Shown one piece after another: positions 9,895 to 20,600 of a stretch of 29,998 nt of DNA. The position numbers and the translations under genes are program-made. The notes under the pieces were generated by a model. It did not search any database, was not told where the DNA came from, and saw only the letters and a list, made by a program, of their open reading frames with translations. The DNA is from Promethearchaeota archaeon Loki_b31 (GTDB taxonomy: Archaea > Asgardarchaeota > Lokiarchaeia > Sigyniarchaeales > SOKP01), in assembly GCA_005222975.1 (NCBI GenBank), contig NJBI01000042.1:1-29998 (forward strand), written 5' to 3'. Each line of letters starts with the position of its first letter. Position 1 is the stretch's first letter.

Positions 9895-11343
9895 TTAAGT
9901 ACTTTGTGTTGGCGCTTCCTCAATTTCAACTTCTTTTTCCTCTTCAACTTCCCCTTTTTTAACATAATCACCTACAGAAGCCAAAATTTCTTTAATTCGT
10001 CCTTCTTGTTGAAGTCGAATAATTAGGTTCCTATGTTTTATAAAAGAAATTAATTTTGAGATTACAGGGAATATTAACATTAACGGAATTAATAAAATTA
10101 TTATAATTTCAGGAGAATACATAACAACGCTCTCAACGATAGCGGGAGGTAATTGAAAAATATATTTCATAAACCATTTTGGATGAATGATAATAAAACT
10201 AATAATTACTAATAGCCCAACTCGGAAAACAAAATTAATGATTGTTGAAACCACAAGACTTTGTGGTTTAGGAGCCGAAGATTTGGCCGTTAAAGTATCA
10301 CGAGCTTCAAAATCTTCTTGGAAAAGTCGATGCATATATCTTCCAAGCCTTCTGGTTTTTGATGCGGCGGTTATTAACTTTTTTTCTTCTTCTTCTAATT
10401 TTTTTTTTTCAATCATTTCCTTTACATATGAAAATCTTTCTCCAGTTTTCGCAAAAAAACCGCTGATACCCATTGTTGTTTTATCTTCAATCATTAACTC
10501 TTCTCTTCTTTTTTTATCTTCTTCTTTTATTTTATCGACATTTGCAGTTATATAATGTGATTCGCTTTTTAATATAGTTAATTGCGCCTCTAATCGTTGG
10601 CTTCTTTCTAAAGACGGTTTAGTAACAGTGTATGTATAATTTATCTGAAAAGCCATTTCTAAATAAATATAAGATGTTATTGCAAGAAGGATAACCGGAC
10701 TTGCAAAAAATTGAAATACATCATCAATAGGTATCTCCTCTAGAGAAATATCAAGAGGATACGGCAAATCTTCAAAATATTGAATGCTCATATTAAATAA
10801 ATCTAGCATATCCTTAAATCCAAACACCATAAGAGGAATTACTAGCATAAGAACTATAGAACCAACGACTATAAGATCATTCTTTGGGTTTGTTTTAAGA
10901 AAAGCTTTAATTGCGTAAATTATTGAGATTATAATTAAGATTTGAAATGCTATTAAATAAATATTCTCATTAAAAATAGCGAATTCTTGCCCGAGTAAAT
11001 CAGGAATTTGACTAAAGTTTGGAGTTGTCCCATTAGGGAATGTAAACCAAAGACTTAATAGACCTCGAAAAAAGTGCTCTAATAACATAATCATTTGTGG
11101 TTGTGCTGCTAAAAAAATAAAGGATGAGATAAGAACGCTAAGAATAGCAACGCCGTACGCTGCTGTAAAAATAAGATAAGTAAATATATTTTTTAAACTA
11201 GTAAAAAATGCATTCAATACAAGTTCTCCACTTGAAGTTGTAACAACTTCGTCAAAATGAAATATTGAGAAAAAAATAGTTAGAATCCATACAAAAATTA
11301 ACACGTTAACAATTTTTAAAATTAAAATGTAATATCTTGTCAT
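9895..11343 (-). CDS. Multi-pass membrane protein of unknown function; last gene of the MoxR cluster
   Basis: Several hydrophobic segments flank a charged coiled-coil loop; 3-bp gap after the DUF58 gene. Confidence 0.75.
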   Translation of the reverse strand: MTRYYILILKIVNVLIFVWILTIFFSIFHFDEVVTTSSGELVLNAFFTSLKNIFTYLIFTAAYGVAILSVLISSFIFLAAQPQMIMLLEHFFRGLLSLWFTFPNGTTPNFSQIPDLLGQEFAIFNENIYLIAFQILIIISIIYAIKAFLKTNPKNDLIVVGSIVLMLVIPLMVFGFKDMLDLFNMSIQYFEDLPYPLDISLEEIPIDDVFQFFASPVILLAITSYIYLEMAFQINYTYTVTKPSLERSQRLEAQLTILKSESHYITANVDKIKEEDKKRREELMIEDKTTMGISGFFAKTGERFSYVKEMIEKKKLEEEEKKLITAASKTRRLGRYMHRLFQEDFEARDTLTAKSSAPKPQSLVVSTIINFVFRVGLLVIISFIIIHPKWFMKYIFQLPPAIVESVVMYSPEIIIILLIPLMLIFPVISKLISFIKHRNLIIRLQQEGRIKEILASVGDYVKKGEVEEEKEVEIEEAPTQST

Positions 11344-11346
11344 TTT

Positions 11347-12675
11347 TTAATACGCACTCCCTTTTTTCTTCGCTTCCATATATGTAGCTAAAACTTGACT
11401 CATCATATCATCTGGACCAACAGTTATAATATTAACTCCTAAATGTCTTACCTCTTGTTTAAATTTTAGGATGTGCTCCATCATTTCTTCACTGATCGCT
11501 TCAGCAAGAGCCTTATCTGTTGACGACAAATCAATTTCATGAATCTCAAACCAGGGGCTAAAAGGATTGATGATTATAATTGTATGATTAAATGGAAGCA
11601 ATTTTCGAATTGCATGTCCTATTTCTTTAACATCTGCTTCTAAATCTGAAATAACAAATATTAAACTACGTTTTTGGAATCGTCTGTTAAAAAAATCCAT
11701 TGCTTCAACCATTCTTAACTTTCCTTGTGGTTTGATTTTTGCAACAAAGTCTAATACTTGATAGAATTGATTATCTCCACTCCTGGGTTTTAAGAATTGG
11801 AGATTTTTCTTATCTGAAAAAGTAAATACGCCCACATTATCTTTACGAGTTAAAGCCACTTTAGTTAACAGCATACAAGCTCTGATTGCGTATTCGAATT
11901 TTGTGTTTTCTATTGCACCACCTGCCATAGAACTCGATGAATCTACCAATAGCATGATCGTTACATCTCTTTCACTTTCAAATTCCCTTACTATTAACTT
12001 CTGGGTTCGAGCACTCGCTTTCCAATCAATGAGTCTAAATTGATCTCCAAACACATACTTTCTCATTCCATAAAATTCTGAGCCAAGACCCTTCAGTTTT
12101 GATCTTTGTAGCCCATAATTTAAAGTTAAAGAGCGTTTAGAACCTAAAATTTCTATTCTTTTTATATCTTCGTAAGGAGGATAAATCAGTATATCTGAAA
12201 CACTGTCAGGCACAATTCTTTCCACCGAATTAAACCCTAATCTATCTTTAACCGTTACAGATAGTGGACCTAGAGGGTATTCACCCCTCACTTTTGGTTC
12301 CAGCACATAACTAAATTTTATTACATTTTTTGGTCCTATTCTTGTAGAAATAAAATTTTCCCCCAATACTAATCTAAAAAGTTGAGGGTTGTAATAATCC
12401 TTTATTTCCAGAAAATCAAAACTATTTTTGCCAGTATTCTCAATTACAACTTTTATATGAACAAAATCGTCTTTGAATACTTTCTCTTTTTCGAGCTCTC
12501 TATGTACCCGCAACTCTTCTATGTTCATTTGGTAATAGAAAAGGGGTAAGCTTACAACGGTACTAAATAGCAAAAGTATAGCGAAATAAACCAAAAAATA
12601 ATTCTCAAATGCAAATCCAGCTGTTAGAAAAAAAATTGAAAATAGAATTAAAGTCCTTCCTTTTCCTCCTAACAT
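11347..12675 (-). CDS. DUF58 family, membrane-anchored VWA-like MoxR partner
   Basis: N-terminal TM pair, RGEYPLGP, GSEFYGMRKYVFGD..RLIDWKASAR, VREFESE, MIDAS-like LLVDSSSSM. Confidence 0.92.
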   Translation of the reverse strand: MLGGKGRTLILFSIFFLTAGFAFENYFLVYFAILLLFSTVVSLPLFYYQMNIEELRVHRELEKEKVFKDDFVHIKVVIENTGKNSFDFLEIKDYYNPQLFRLVLGENFISTRIGPKNVIKFSYVLEPKVRGEYPLGPLSVTVKDRLGFNSVERIVPDSVSDILIYPPYEDIKRIEILGSKRSLTLNYGLQRSKLKGLGSEFYGMRKYVFGDQFRLIDWKASARTQKLIVREFESERDVTIMLLVDSSSSMAGGAIENTKFEYAIRACMLLTKVALTRKDNVGVFTFSDKKNLQFLKPRSGDNQFYQVLDFVAKIKPQGKLRMVEAMDFFNRRFQKRSLIFVISDLEADVKEIGHAIRKLLPFNHTIIIINPFSPWFEIHEIDLSSTDKALAEAISEEMMEHILKFKQEVRHLGVNIITVGPDDMMSQVLATYMEAKKKGSAY

Positions 12676-12733
12676 TTTATTCCTCCATTCTTAAATTATT
12701 TTGATTTTATTCCAATGTTTTTAGAAAAAAAAA

Positions 12734-13714
12734 TTAAATAGGTATTGGTATATCTTCAACAATGTTCTTTATCACAGATTTAACATCTAGACCTTCTAAT
12801 TCAGCTTCAGGCTTTAATAAAATTCGGTGATTCAAAGCGGGAATAATTAATGCCCGCACATCGTCTGGAGTTACGTATACTCTTCCTAAAATTGCTGCTC
12901 TTGCTTTTGAACATTTCATTAATACAAGCGATGCACGTGGTCCGCATCCAAGAGCTATCTGAGGATGATTCCGAGTTTTCAATACAATATCTCTAATGTA
13001 TTTTAAGATTCTATCATCTATGTAAACCATATTCATTAGTTTCTGAGCAGCAAGTATTTCTTCTCCGCTCGTTATTTCCGTTACTGAAGGAGACTCTCCA
13101 GAAATTTGTCTTCTCATTATATCTACTTCTTCTTCTTGACTAGGATAATCTAACCAGACTTTCATGATGAAACGGTCTAGTTGTGCCTCTGGTAAAGGAT
13201 ATGTACCTTCCATTTCTACCGGATTTTCAGTAGCAACTACCATAAAGGGTTTTTCAAGCGGAAGTGTTTCTCCTTCTATGGTAATTTGTCTTTCGGCCAT
13301 AGCTTCGAGTAGAGCTGCTTGTGTTTTAGGAGCGCTTCGATTAATCTCATCTGCTAAAACTATATTTGCAAAAAGGGGTCCTTTTTGAAGTACAAAGGAT
13401 CCTTCGTTCTGATCAAAAATTTTTGTCCCGGTTATATCTGATGGTAAAAGATCAGGCGTAAATTGTACCCTTCGAAACGAGATTCCAAGCGTTTTTGCAA
13501 AAGTTTTTGCCATTACCGTCTTTCCCAATCCAGGAACTCCTTCAAGGAGAACATGACCATTCACTAGCAAAGCAATGAAGAGTTGTTGTAAAATTTCTCC
13601 GTATCCAACAATGACTCGACTTACTTCTGAAAGAACCTCTTGGGCAATTTCTCTAATAGGTTCTACATTTAATTCTTCTCTTTCGTAATATTTAGCTTTA
13701 TTTGGGGCTTCCAT
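12734..13714 (-). CDS. moxR: MoxR family AAA+ ATPase
   Basis: GHVLLEGVPGLGKT, RVQFTPDLLPSD, LADEINR, PKTQAALLEAM, YPLPEAQLDRF. Confidence 0.96.
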   Translation of the reverse strand: MEAPNKAKYYEREELNVEPIREIAQEVLSEVSRVIVGYGEILQQLFIALLVNGHVLLEGVPGLGKTVMAKTFAKTLGISFRRVQFTPDLLPSDITGTKIFDQNEGSFVLQKGPLFANIVLADEINRSAPKTQAALLEAMAERQITIEGETLPLEKPFMVVATENPVEMEGTYPLPEAQLDRFIMKVWLDYPSQEEEVDIMRRQISGESPSVTEITSGEEILAAQKLMNMVYIDDRILKYIRDIVLKTRNHPQIALGCGPRASLVLMKCSKARAAILGRVYVTPDDVRALIIPALNHRILLKPEAELEGLDVKSVIKNIVEDIPIPI

Positions 13715-13805
13715 TATTTATCACATCTCTTTTTTTTATATTTTAAATTGATTTTTAATATTTTCTTTTTATTTTTAATTTAAATTAATTACCTTGATTT
13801 ATTCT

Positions 13806-15554
13806 TTATATGTTATTAACCACCCATTCCATTTCAAAAAATAGGGTTTCAAAATCTTGTTCATTTTTTATTTTGCTTCTTCCTTCTTTAATTGCAATAA
13901 TTCTATCCATAAATTTAGCAATCCTTCTAGTCTTAAGTTTTGTTATTTTTGGGTCTTTCGCAATAACCATTGCCGTTACATTTTGAGTGGTAATTTTACG
14001 ACCGCCTAGAAGGGCATTTAATTTTCGCTCTAATCTCCTATAGAGTAACGTCAACGCTTTACCATATCTGCTTTTTTCTCTATACCACTCAATTTTTTCA
14101 GCAAAAAAGGACGAAGTTCTAAATCGTTCTCTTTCTTCTTGAGTTTCTTGTTCTTTTGCCTTCTTTTTTTCCTTCTTTTCGTCTTTTTTGGGTAAATACT
14201 TTTTCAACATAAAAATTGCTAGAAGCGGATACGCCCATGCTGTTATTGGATTTGTGCTTAAATGAATTACATATTGCATAATAAAACCAAAAATTCCTGC
14301 TGATGTTAAATCTCTGGATAATTCAGGACGGATATGTAATTCATCAAAAGCAATAACCCATTCATCTTTATTCACTCCTCCATAAGTAAGCCAATTGATT
14401 ATATTAATACCAAATTGACGATTATCATAGCTTGGGTGATTAATAAGTTCATTATTAAATAAACTCGCATCTGCTGATACGAATACACGTCCACTTCCCG
14501 TTTCTTTTGCTAAAAAAACTGGTTGTGCCATAGTTCCAAAGGTTATATTTGTATTTGTAAATCCAAGTATACCAGCAATACTACTAAAATCAAAAGAATC
14601 TTCTTCATAGCTAAACATATGATCTCCATTTATGTCAACATAACCATAGTCTGTTGTTTGCCCTATTAAATCCCACCCAAAAAATTCAATAAATTCTCCG
14701 CCAACCGCTGCAGTAGCTTCTGAAAGAATTACTTGGTTAATATCATCGGTTGTGTCATGAGAGGAATCAAAATCCTTTATTATAGGAAAATCAGGAGCCG
14801 TATCATATGAGGCGTTATCACGTAAAATACCTTTATCTTCTGGGAATATTATGACAGGAATTTGTCCTTGAATATCTGTATCAAGCATACTGGCTAAAAA
14901 TAATTCCCATAATAACATACTTGTACTCCCATGATCGTGGCAAATTAAAATTGAATTCATACTTTCTTTACTGAAAAAATCTAAAAAGTATGGAATTTCA
15001 AAAATTGGATTATAAAATGTGTTTGGCCCTAATAATATTAAACAAATTGATTTATCCAGCCTTTCAGTTGCGCTTAAGCTAGATTGAATATTCATTACAT
15101 TATAACCTTCCTGTTCAATTGTTTTTTTAAAATCAGATGCCCCATTCCAAGAATCGTTATAAACTGAAAAATTTTGATCGTTTTTCCCATGATCAAATAT
15201 AGGACCAAATAAAGGTACAAATGCAAATATAAAAATAACTAAAAACAAGGCTTCCTTGTAATAAGATCTTGTTTTTATTTTTTTACGAGATTGTATTTCC
15301 CTTGACTTTTGAATGGTAGTATTTCTAATAAATATTACTAAGCCAAATCCTAAAAATATCGCCCCAATATAACAAACAAGAGGGAGATAATTAACAAATA
15401 CTGGAAGATATTCGCCAATATTATGTAATGGATAATCCTCAATAAATTTAGTAATAAATATACCATAGATTATAAGAAAAATCGTGAAAAACGCTATGAT
15501 TAAACCCTTTGAAAAAGTAACGTTTCTTCCTGATGTTTTTCCAACGCTTGACAT
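13806..15554 (-). CDS. Membrane protein with an extracytoplasmic DUF4350/GldG-like domain
   Basis: Three N-terminal TM segments, FSVYNDSWNGAS, GSGRVFVSADASLFNN..DNRQF..NIINWL and AFDELH, then a TM segment and a basic cytoplasmic tail. Typical MoxR-cluster context. Confidence 0.7.
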   Translation of the reverse strand: MSSVGKTSGRNVTFSKGLIIAFFTIFLIIYGIFITKFIEDYPLHNIGEYLPVFVNYLPLVCYIGAIFLGFGLVIFIRNTTIQKSREIQSRKKIKTRSYYKEALFLVIFIFAFVPLFGPIFDHGKNDQNFSVYNDSWNGASDFKKTIEQEGYNVMNIQSSLSATERLDKSICLILLGPNTFYNPIFEIPYFLDFFSKESMNSILICHDHGSTSMLLWELFLASMLDTDIQGQIPVIIFPEDKGILRDNASYDTAPDFPIIKDFDSSHDTTDDINQVILSEATAAVGGEFIEFFGWDLIGQTTDYGYVDINGDHMFSYEEDSFDFSSIAGILGFTNTNITFGTMAQPVFLAKETGSGRVFVSADASLFNNELINHPSYDNRQFGINIINWLTYGGVNKDEWVIAFDELHIRPELSRDLTSAGIFGFIMQYVIHLSTNPITAWAYPLLAIFMLKKYLPKKDEKKEKKKAKEQETQEERERFRTSSFFAEKIEWYREKSRYGKALTLLYRRLERKLNALLGGRKITTQNVTAMVIAKDPKITKLKTRRIAKFMDRIIAIKEGRSKIKNEQDFETLFFEMEWVVNNI

Positions 15555-15604
15555 TTTAAAATATTGTGAATTTTTATATTAAATACTTATATAGTGAATT
15601 TTTT

Positions 15605-16000
15605 TTACTGAAAACTTACTGTTGGCAATGTCTTTCCTGTTAAATCGTTGTATAAATTTGAAAATAGCTGAACTGCAAAATTTAGCTCTTTATTTGTTGG
15701 TTCTACCCCTCCATATATAATATCCTCGATTTTTTTAATAAAAGGGTATATGGATTCTGGCTTTTGATCTAACTCGGTAACACATCTAATCGCATATTCT
15801 CGTATCGTTTGGTAAGCTAATCGTGGTTTTTTGAATTTTATTGTTGTTATATCGTTGTAAATAAGGTAGATATATGCAATTGCTTCTTTTGCCCTATTAG
15901 TATCAACTAATACTTTTACATTCTCAAATTTTTGCTTGATATTTACTTCAGGTTCTTGCTCTTTTTTTGATTTTTTCTTTTTTGCCATATTCTTTACCAA
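15605..16000 (-). CDS. Small soluble DUF4129-like protein
   Basis: QTIREYA...IYPFIKKIEDIIYG; clearly paralogous to the C-terminus of 16105..17658. The start may be the second Met (MAKKKK). Confidence 0.7.
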   Translation of the reverse strand: MVKNMAKKKKSKKEQEPEVNIKQKFENVKVLVDTNRAKEAIAYIYLIYNDITTIKFKKPRLAYQTIREYAIRCVTELDQKPESIYPFIKKIEDIIYGGVEPTNKELNFAVQLFSNLYNDLTGKTLPTVSFQ

Positions 16001-16104
16001 TTTGTGTATTTTTTAAATTGTTTAATTTATAATTTTTTTTAACTTTAAATTTTTTTCTACAATTTTTTCTTTATTATTATTTATTTTGTTTCTATTCTAA
16101 TTTT

Positions 16105-17658
16105 TTAAAAATTTAATACAAAATTATAACCTGTTAATTCGAAATATATAGGGGAAAATAAATTAATTGTGTTATAAAATTCTTTATCTGTAATTTGAAA
16201 CGGTTTAGCATAAATAATTTCCTCAACTTTTTGTATAAAGGGATAAATTGTGGTTGGAGATAACTTTAAATTTTTAACAGAAATTATAGCAAAATCTCTT
16301 ATAGTTTCATTATCACTTCGGGTTCTTCCAAACTTAGCATTTATTAAATCCATATAAATTGCGTTAAAAAGGTAGGATAAAGATTCTTCTAATCTTCCTG
16401 TATCCTTAAGAATTTTCAGATTGATTATTTTACTTTCAAGTGGTAAATAGACAATTCGCGATTCCTTATCTTGTTTTTTATAACGATAATATCCATATGC
16501 ACTCAACCCAACAACAAGCCCAATTATAATAGGTAAGAATATTATTAAAAACCCTAAATAAGGGGTTTCAGTGTCAGTAGGATCAGAAGGGGGAATAATT
16601 ATTTTTGTTATATTTATAAAATAAAAGCTTGATAGTGAAAGTCCAACTGAATTTATCAATTTAATTTGTATAGATTTATTACCGGTACCAGTAGGAATAG
16701 TATAAGCGTAAGAAAAATTTCCGTTTGTATCTGTATTTGTACTATTAATATAATTTCCATCATAGTAAATATCAATAGTTCTATTATATATCTTGAGCGC
16801 ATTATTGATTTTTGAGGACAATTGTCCATTAATTATTACCTTATCTCCTTCAGACGCATCAGAGATGGTGTTCCATTCACAATTGATATCCCAAAATAAA
16901 TTTATTGATAGGGTTTTTTGCGTACTATTAGTATATGGTGAATCACCAGAATAACTTAAATTTAAATATAACTTTTCACAAAAAGCATCAATTGGAATTG
17001 ATATACTTTGTGATATGGAGCCATCTGTTGGGTTTGTAAAAAAAGAACTACTAAACCAATTGTATGAACTATTATACCAATAATAGTTTATTTGTGCGTT
17101 TGAAATACCTGTACCATTTATATTATCGCATCTTAGATATCCATTTAATAATAAATTTTCTCCAGGAATGTATGGAATATCCATATCATTGACATTAAGA
17201 TATGAAGTTGTGCTTATGGAAATATTATAATAAGATGTATAATCAACATCTCCAGGAGGTATGGGATTATCAACAATGACTTCTAACCAGTGAGGAGTAT
17301 ATACGTCAAGAAAAGGATCAACAGTGAAAGCAATATCAAAATCACCATTTCCATCTGTAATATCATTGAAACTATGGTATGGATTTCCATCTATATAAAT
17401 TATTACAGCATAATTAGGTTTTCCTAATCCATCGAAGAGATTATAAAGCCTTCCTTGTACATTAATGACACTATTAGCTTGATGTCTTGTATTGTTTATT
17501 CCTATTGGATTCGTCAAATCTAAAGTAGCCCAAATTCCAGAAGAGTTAGGTTCTTCTTGGTTATATTTCGAACAGTTTGAGTGATAATTCATATAAAATA
17601 AAATTGAGATAAAAATCAAGAAACATGAGCTAATCAGTATTTTTTTATTGAACTTCAA
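16105..17658 (-). CDS. Cell-surface protein: signal/TM, Ig-like beta domains, TM, cytoplasmic DUF4129-like domain
   Basis: TTG start preceded by a GAGGGGTGA RBS. Repeated T(D)xNG(D/N)F beta motifs, many N-x-S/T sequons, TM LGFLIIFLPIIIGLVVGL, ETIRDFA tail. Confidence 0.75.
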   Translation of the reverse strand: MKFNKKILISSCFLIFISILFYMNYHSNCSKYNQEEPNSSGIWATLDLTNPIGINNTRHQANSVINVQGRLYNLFDGLGKPNYAVIIYIDGNPYHSFNDITDGNGDFDIAFTVDPFLDVYTPHWLEVIVDNPIPPGDVDYTSYYNISISTTSYLNVNDMDIPYIPGENLLLNGYLRCDNINGTGISNAQINYYWYNSSYNWFSSSFFTNPTDGSISQSISIPIDAFCEKLYLNLSYSGDSPYTNSTQKTLSINLFWDINCEWNTISDASEGDKVIINGQLSSKINNALKIYNRTIDIYYDGNYINSTNTDTNGNFSYAYTIPTGTGNKSIQIKLINSVGLSLSSFYFINITKIIIPPSDPTDTETPYLGFLIIFLPIIIGLVVGLSAYGYYRYKKQDKESRIVYLPLESKIINLKILKDTGRLEESLSYLFNAIYMDLINAKFGRTRSDNETIRDFAIISVKNLKLSPTTIYPFIQKVEEIIYAKPFQITDKEFYNTINLFSPIYFELTGYNFVLNF

Positions 17659-17674
17659 AATTTCATCACCCCTC

Positions 17675-20600
17675 TCATGGTCTAAATAATTCTATCTCTG
17701 TAAATTCGATATAATAATGGGCTGGTGGAGTAAAACTATCTTCGGGATAAAAATTAGCCCATATTTCAGTCCCATCTGGCCAAATAGTATCAATGAAAAC
17801 AGTTATATTGAACCATCCACTACCATCAGTGGAACCAATCTCAGTTTTTATAATTCCCCCAAAACCATCTTCGATAGTAATGGTAATATTCCTGCTTCCT
17901 GTAATAAGAGATCCATTATCCCAATACAAATAACCATAAGCATATAATTCATCACCTTGATAGAATCCACCTTTAAAGATCGTATCATAATTACCAACTA
18001 TGTAAGTTCCTGCAGTTATATTCGCTGGAACGAGTATGCTACTTGTATTAATCATATAATTGGTAACATATATTCCTGGTTGACTAATTGTTCCATTAAA
18101 ATCAATCCTAAAGTAATATTGTCCTTGAGGACAATTAATTGAAATTGAATTCACATCAAATTGATAACTCCCGTCAAATACATTAATTATTTGACTTCCT
18201 GCTAAATTCAAATGATAAGAGACATCATTCATACTAGAGTCAAATAGTAAAATTTTGATATCCAATCCATTCAAATTGGTCGTTCCATCTTGAACAGAAC
18301 CGTATACGTTAAAAGTATCGACATTTCTTTGGATTTTAGGAATATTGGAAAATGCCGAGATACTTATTGTTTTGTTAATTATCACGAAAGTCGTGTTATA
18401 TGCCGGGAATGTTGACCATTGAACTCTTATTTTATGTAAACCGGCATGCCAAGAACTTGAATTGATTACAAAATCCCATCTCCCATTATCAGCAAGTTCA
18501 AATAGATGTGATCCAATCTGGGAATTAATATAAACATCGGTAAGTGTTACGGTTTCATCACTTACAAAACTTCCACTCACTGTAACATATACCGAAAATG
18601 TAATGTTATCTCCTTGATTATACCTTTCTGGCAGATTAGAATCGTCGTAAAACGATAAAGCCGGATTTCCATCAACCCAGAATTGAATGGCAACATTATT
18701 TGGGTCGATTACCTTCAATTCGAAGTTTCCATTATCATTACTAGTAAAATTACTATAAGTAAATATGTCAAAATAAAAATTAAATTCATTAAACTGATTA
18801 TTAGGAAATGAATAAATAAACACTCCATAAAATCCTACATTAATTGTAAAATTTATAGCAGGAGTCCCACTATCGACAGATAAAGTAAGATCGAATGTGC
18901 CAGTATCATCCAATTGGAACCAATTAGAAGATAAATAATAGGAAACATCTGTCATTGTATCATCAAATAATGCAATATAAATTTCAGTAAATTTTATTGG
19001 TGCGCCATTTGAAGCATCACTTATAGTACCTTGAAGCGTAAATGTTTCTCCACCCCTGTTAATTTGATTAGGATTGGGACCAACTTGAACATCAAGAGTT
19101 ATGTTATCATTCAGAGTGAAGTATGAATAATTATAATTCGATCCCCATTTCGCATATATTAAATGAGGTCCTGCGACCGTTGAAGCGTCTGTATTATAAA
19201 TTAATGAAGCTCTCCCATTATTTGTTTGAACGGTTCCAAGAAAGATATCTTGAGAGAGATCATAAAAATCGATAGCTTCATTATCAAGAGGATCACCCCA
19301 CTCTAAATAAACAGATAAATTTACATTTTCATTTCTATTAATTACAGGTTGATAATAATCGTCAAAAGTTGTACCATCTATCCAAAAATTAAATAATAGG
19401 GGTAAATCTTCTGTCACATTAAACTCTAATCTATTACTTGAATCAGTAATAGTGGGTATAAATACTGGAAAATTAAAATATGGCGTTAATATCCACCAAG
19501 TTCCGTTAAAATCTACTCTTATTTCGTATAGTCCTGAGGAAACAGAGGGATTTAAACTTAGTATTTCATCAAAATCGCCATTAACATTTGTATTTTTAGT
19601 CTCTGGGTTAAAAGCGTTCGGCACAATAGAAGAAGTGCCTTTTTGTAACAAAACAAAATTAACTTCTGCATTCTCAATCCTTTTTCCGTTAACGGGATCA
19701 TACACATATCCTTGAACATCGGATGTATGAGGTGGGGGATCAGATATACTAATTTCAGAAGGATTAACGCTAATAAGATCAACTTCAATAGGTCCTAAGA
19801 CATTAAAAATTGTATAGTTAAATGTACTTATATCATATTTTGCTTCAATTATATGGGGTCCTACAACTTGAGTATCATTAATACTTACCAAAATTGATGC
19901 GTTACCGTTTGAATCTGTAATGGCTGAGCTAATAGGTTGTCCAGACAAATAATCTGTGAAATAAATTGTCTTATTATCTACGGAGCTGTTATTAGAAATC
20001 AATGTAGCAGTAATGGTCGCGACATCAGGTCTATTATACGCGAACTGATCTGTTGATACAGTGATATTATAATCGCTTTCAAAAATGTTATATGGGACAC
20101 CCTTGAATATATCTATTTGAACCCATTCGCCATCCCCAGAAACATCCGTAGGCACATAAATTTCAGCCCAATTGTATATGTTTTTATTTTTTATTAAAAG
20201 AGCATTTTTCCCTTCCACTGTGTCATTTATTTCATCTGCCAAGAAACCACTAAACCCTTTAACATAACGACTAGCAACTCCAAAAGCTCTAGTAAAAGCA
20301 CAAAAGGCGGAAGCAAAATCTGACCATATTCCTTTTTCTTGTTCACAAAACCAATCAACAATATCTCTCCCTTGTGGAGCAGGATTGTAATCAGGAATTG
20401 ATGCAGGAAAAGAAAATGGAGGGCTCGTTAAATAATTTCTAATAATATTTGCAACTTCAAAAGCATTATCGCTAATATTTATTATCCCATACAAGATATT
20501 AAAATGATTTGTAAAAAAAGTATTAATAAGTTTATATGAATCGATCGAAGGAGGTAATTGTAAATATTGATTTCGAATTTCTAAGGGGGTGTATAAAGCG

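Noticed and set aside
7865-13388. ORFs 7865..8116, 8666..8890, 10187..10555 and 13164..13388
   Set aside because: Antisense to well-supported genes, with shadow-like composition.
13715-16104. Extremely A/T-rich intergenic tracts (13715-13805, 16001-16104) as ncRNA or terminators
   Set aside because: No stable structure is evident. They are A-rich on the coding (minus) strand, so they are not archaeal oligo-T terminators for these genes.
17658-17677. TGA readthrough (Sec) fusing the 1208-aa and 517-aa genes
   Set aside because: The two ORFs are in different frames and the downstream gene has its own RBS and signal-like N-terminus.
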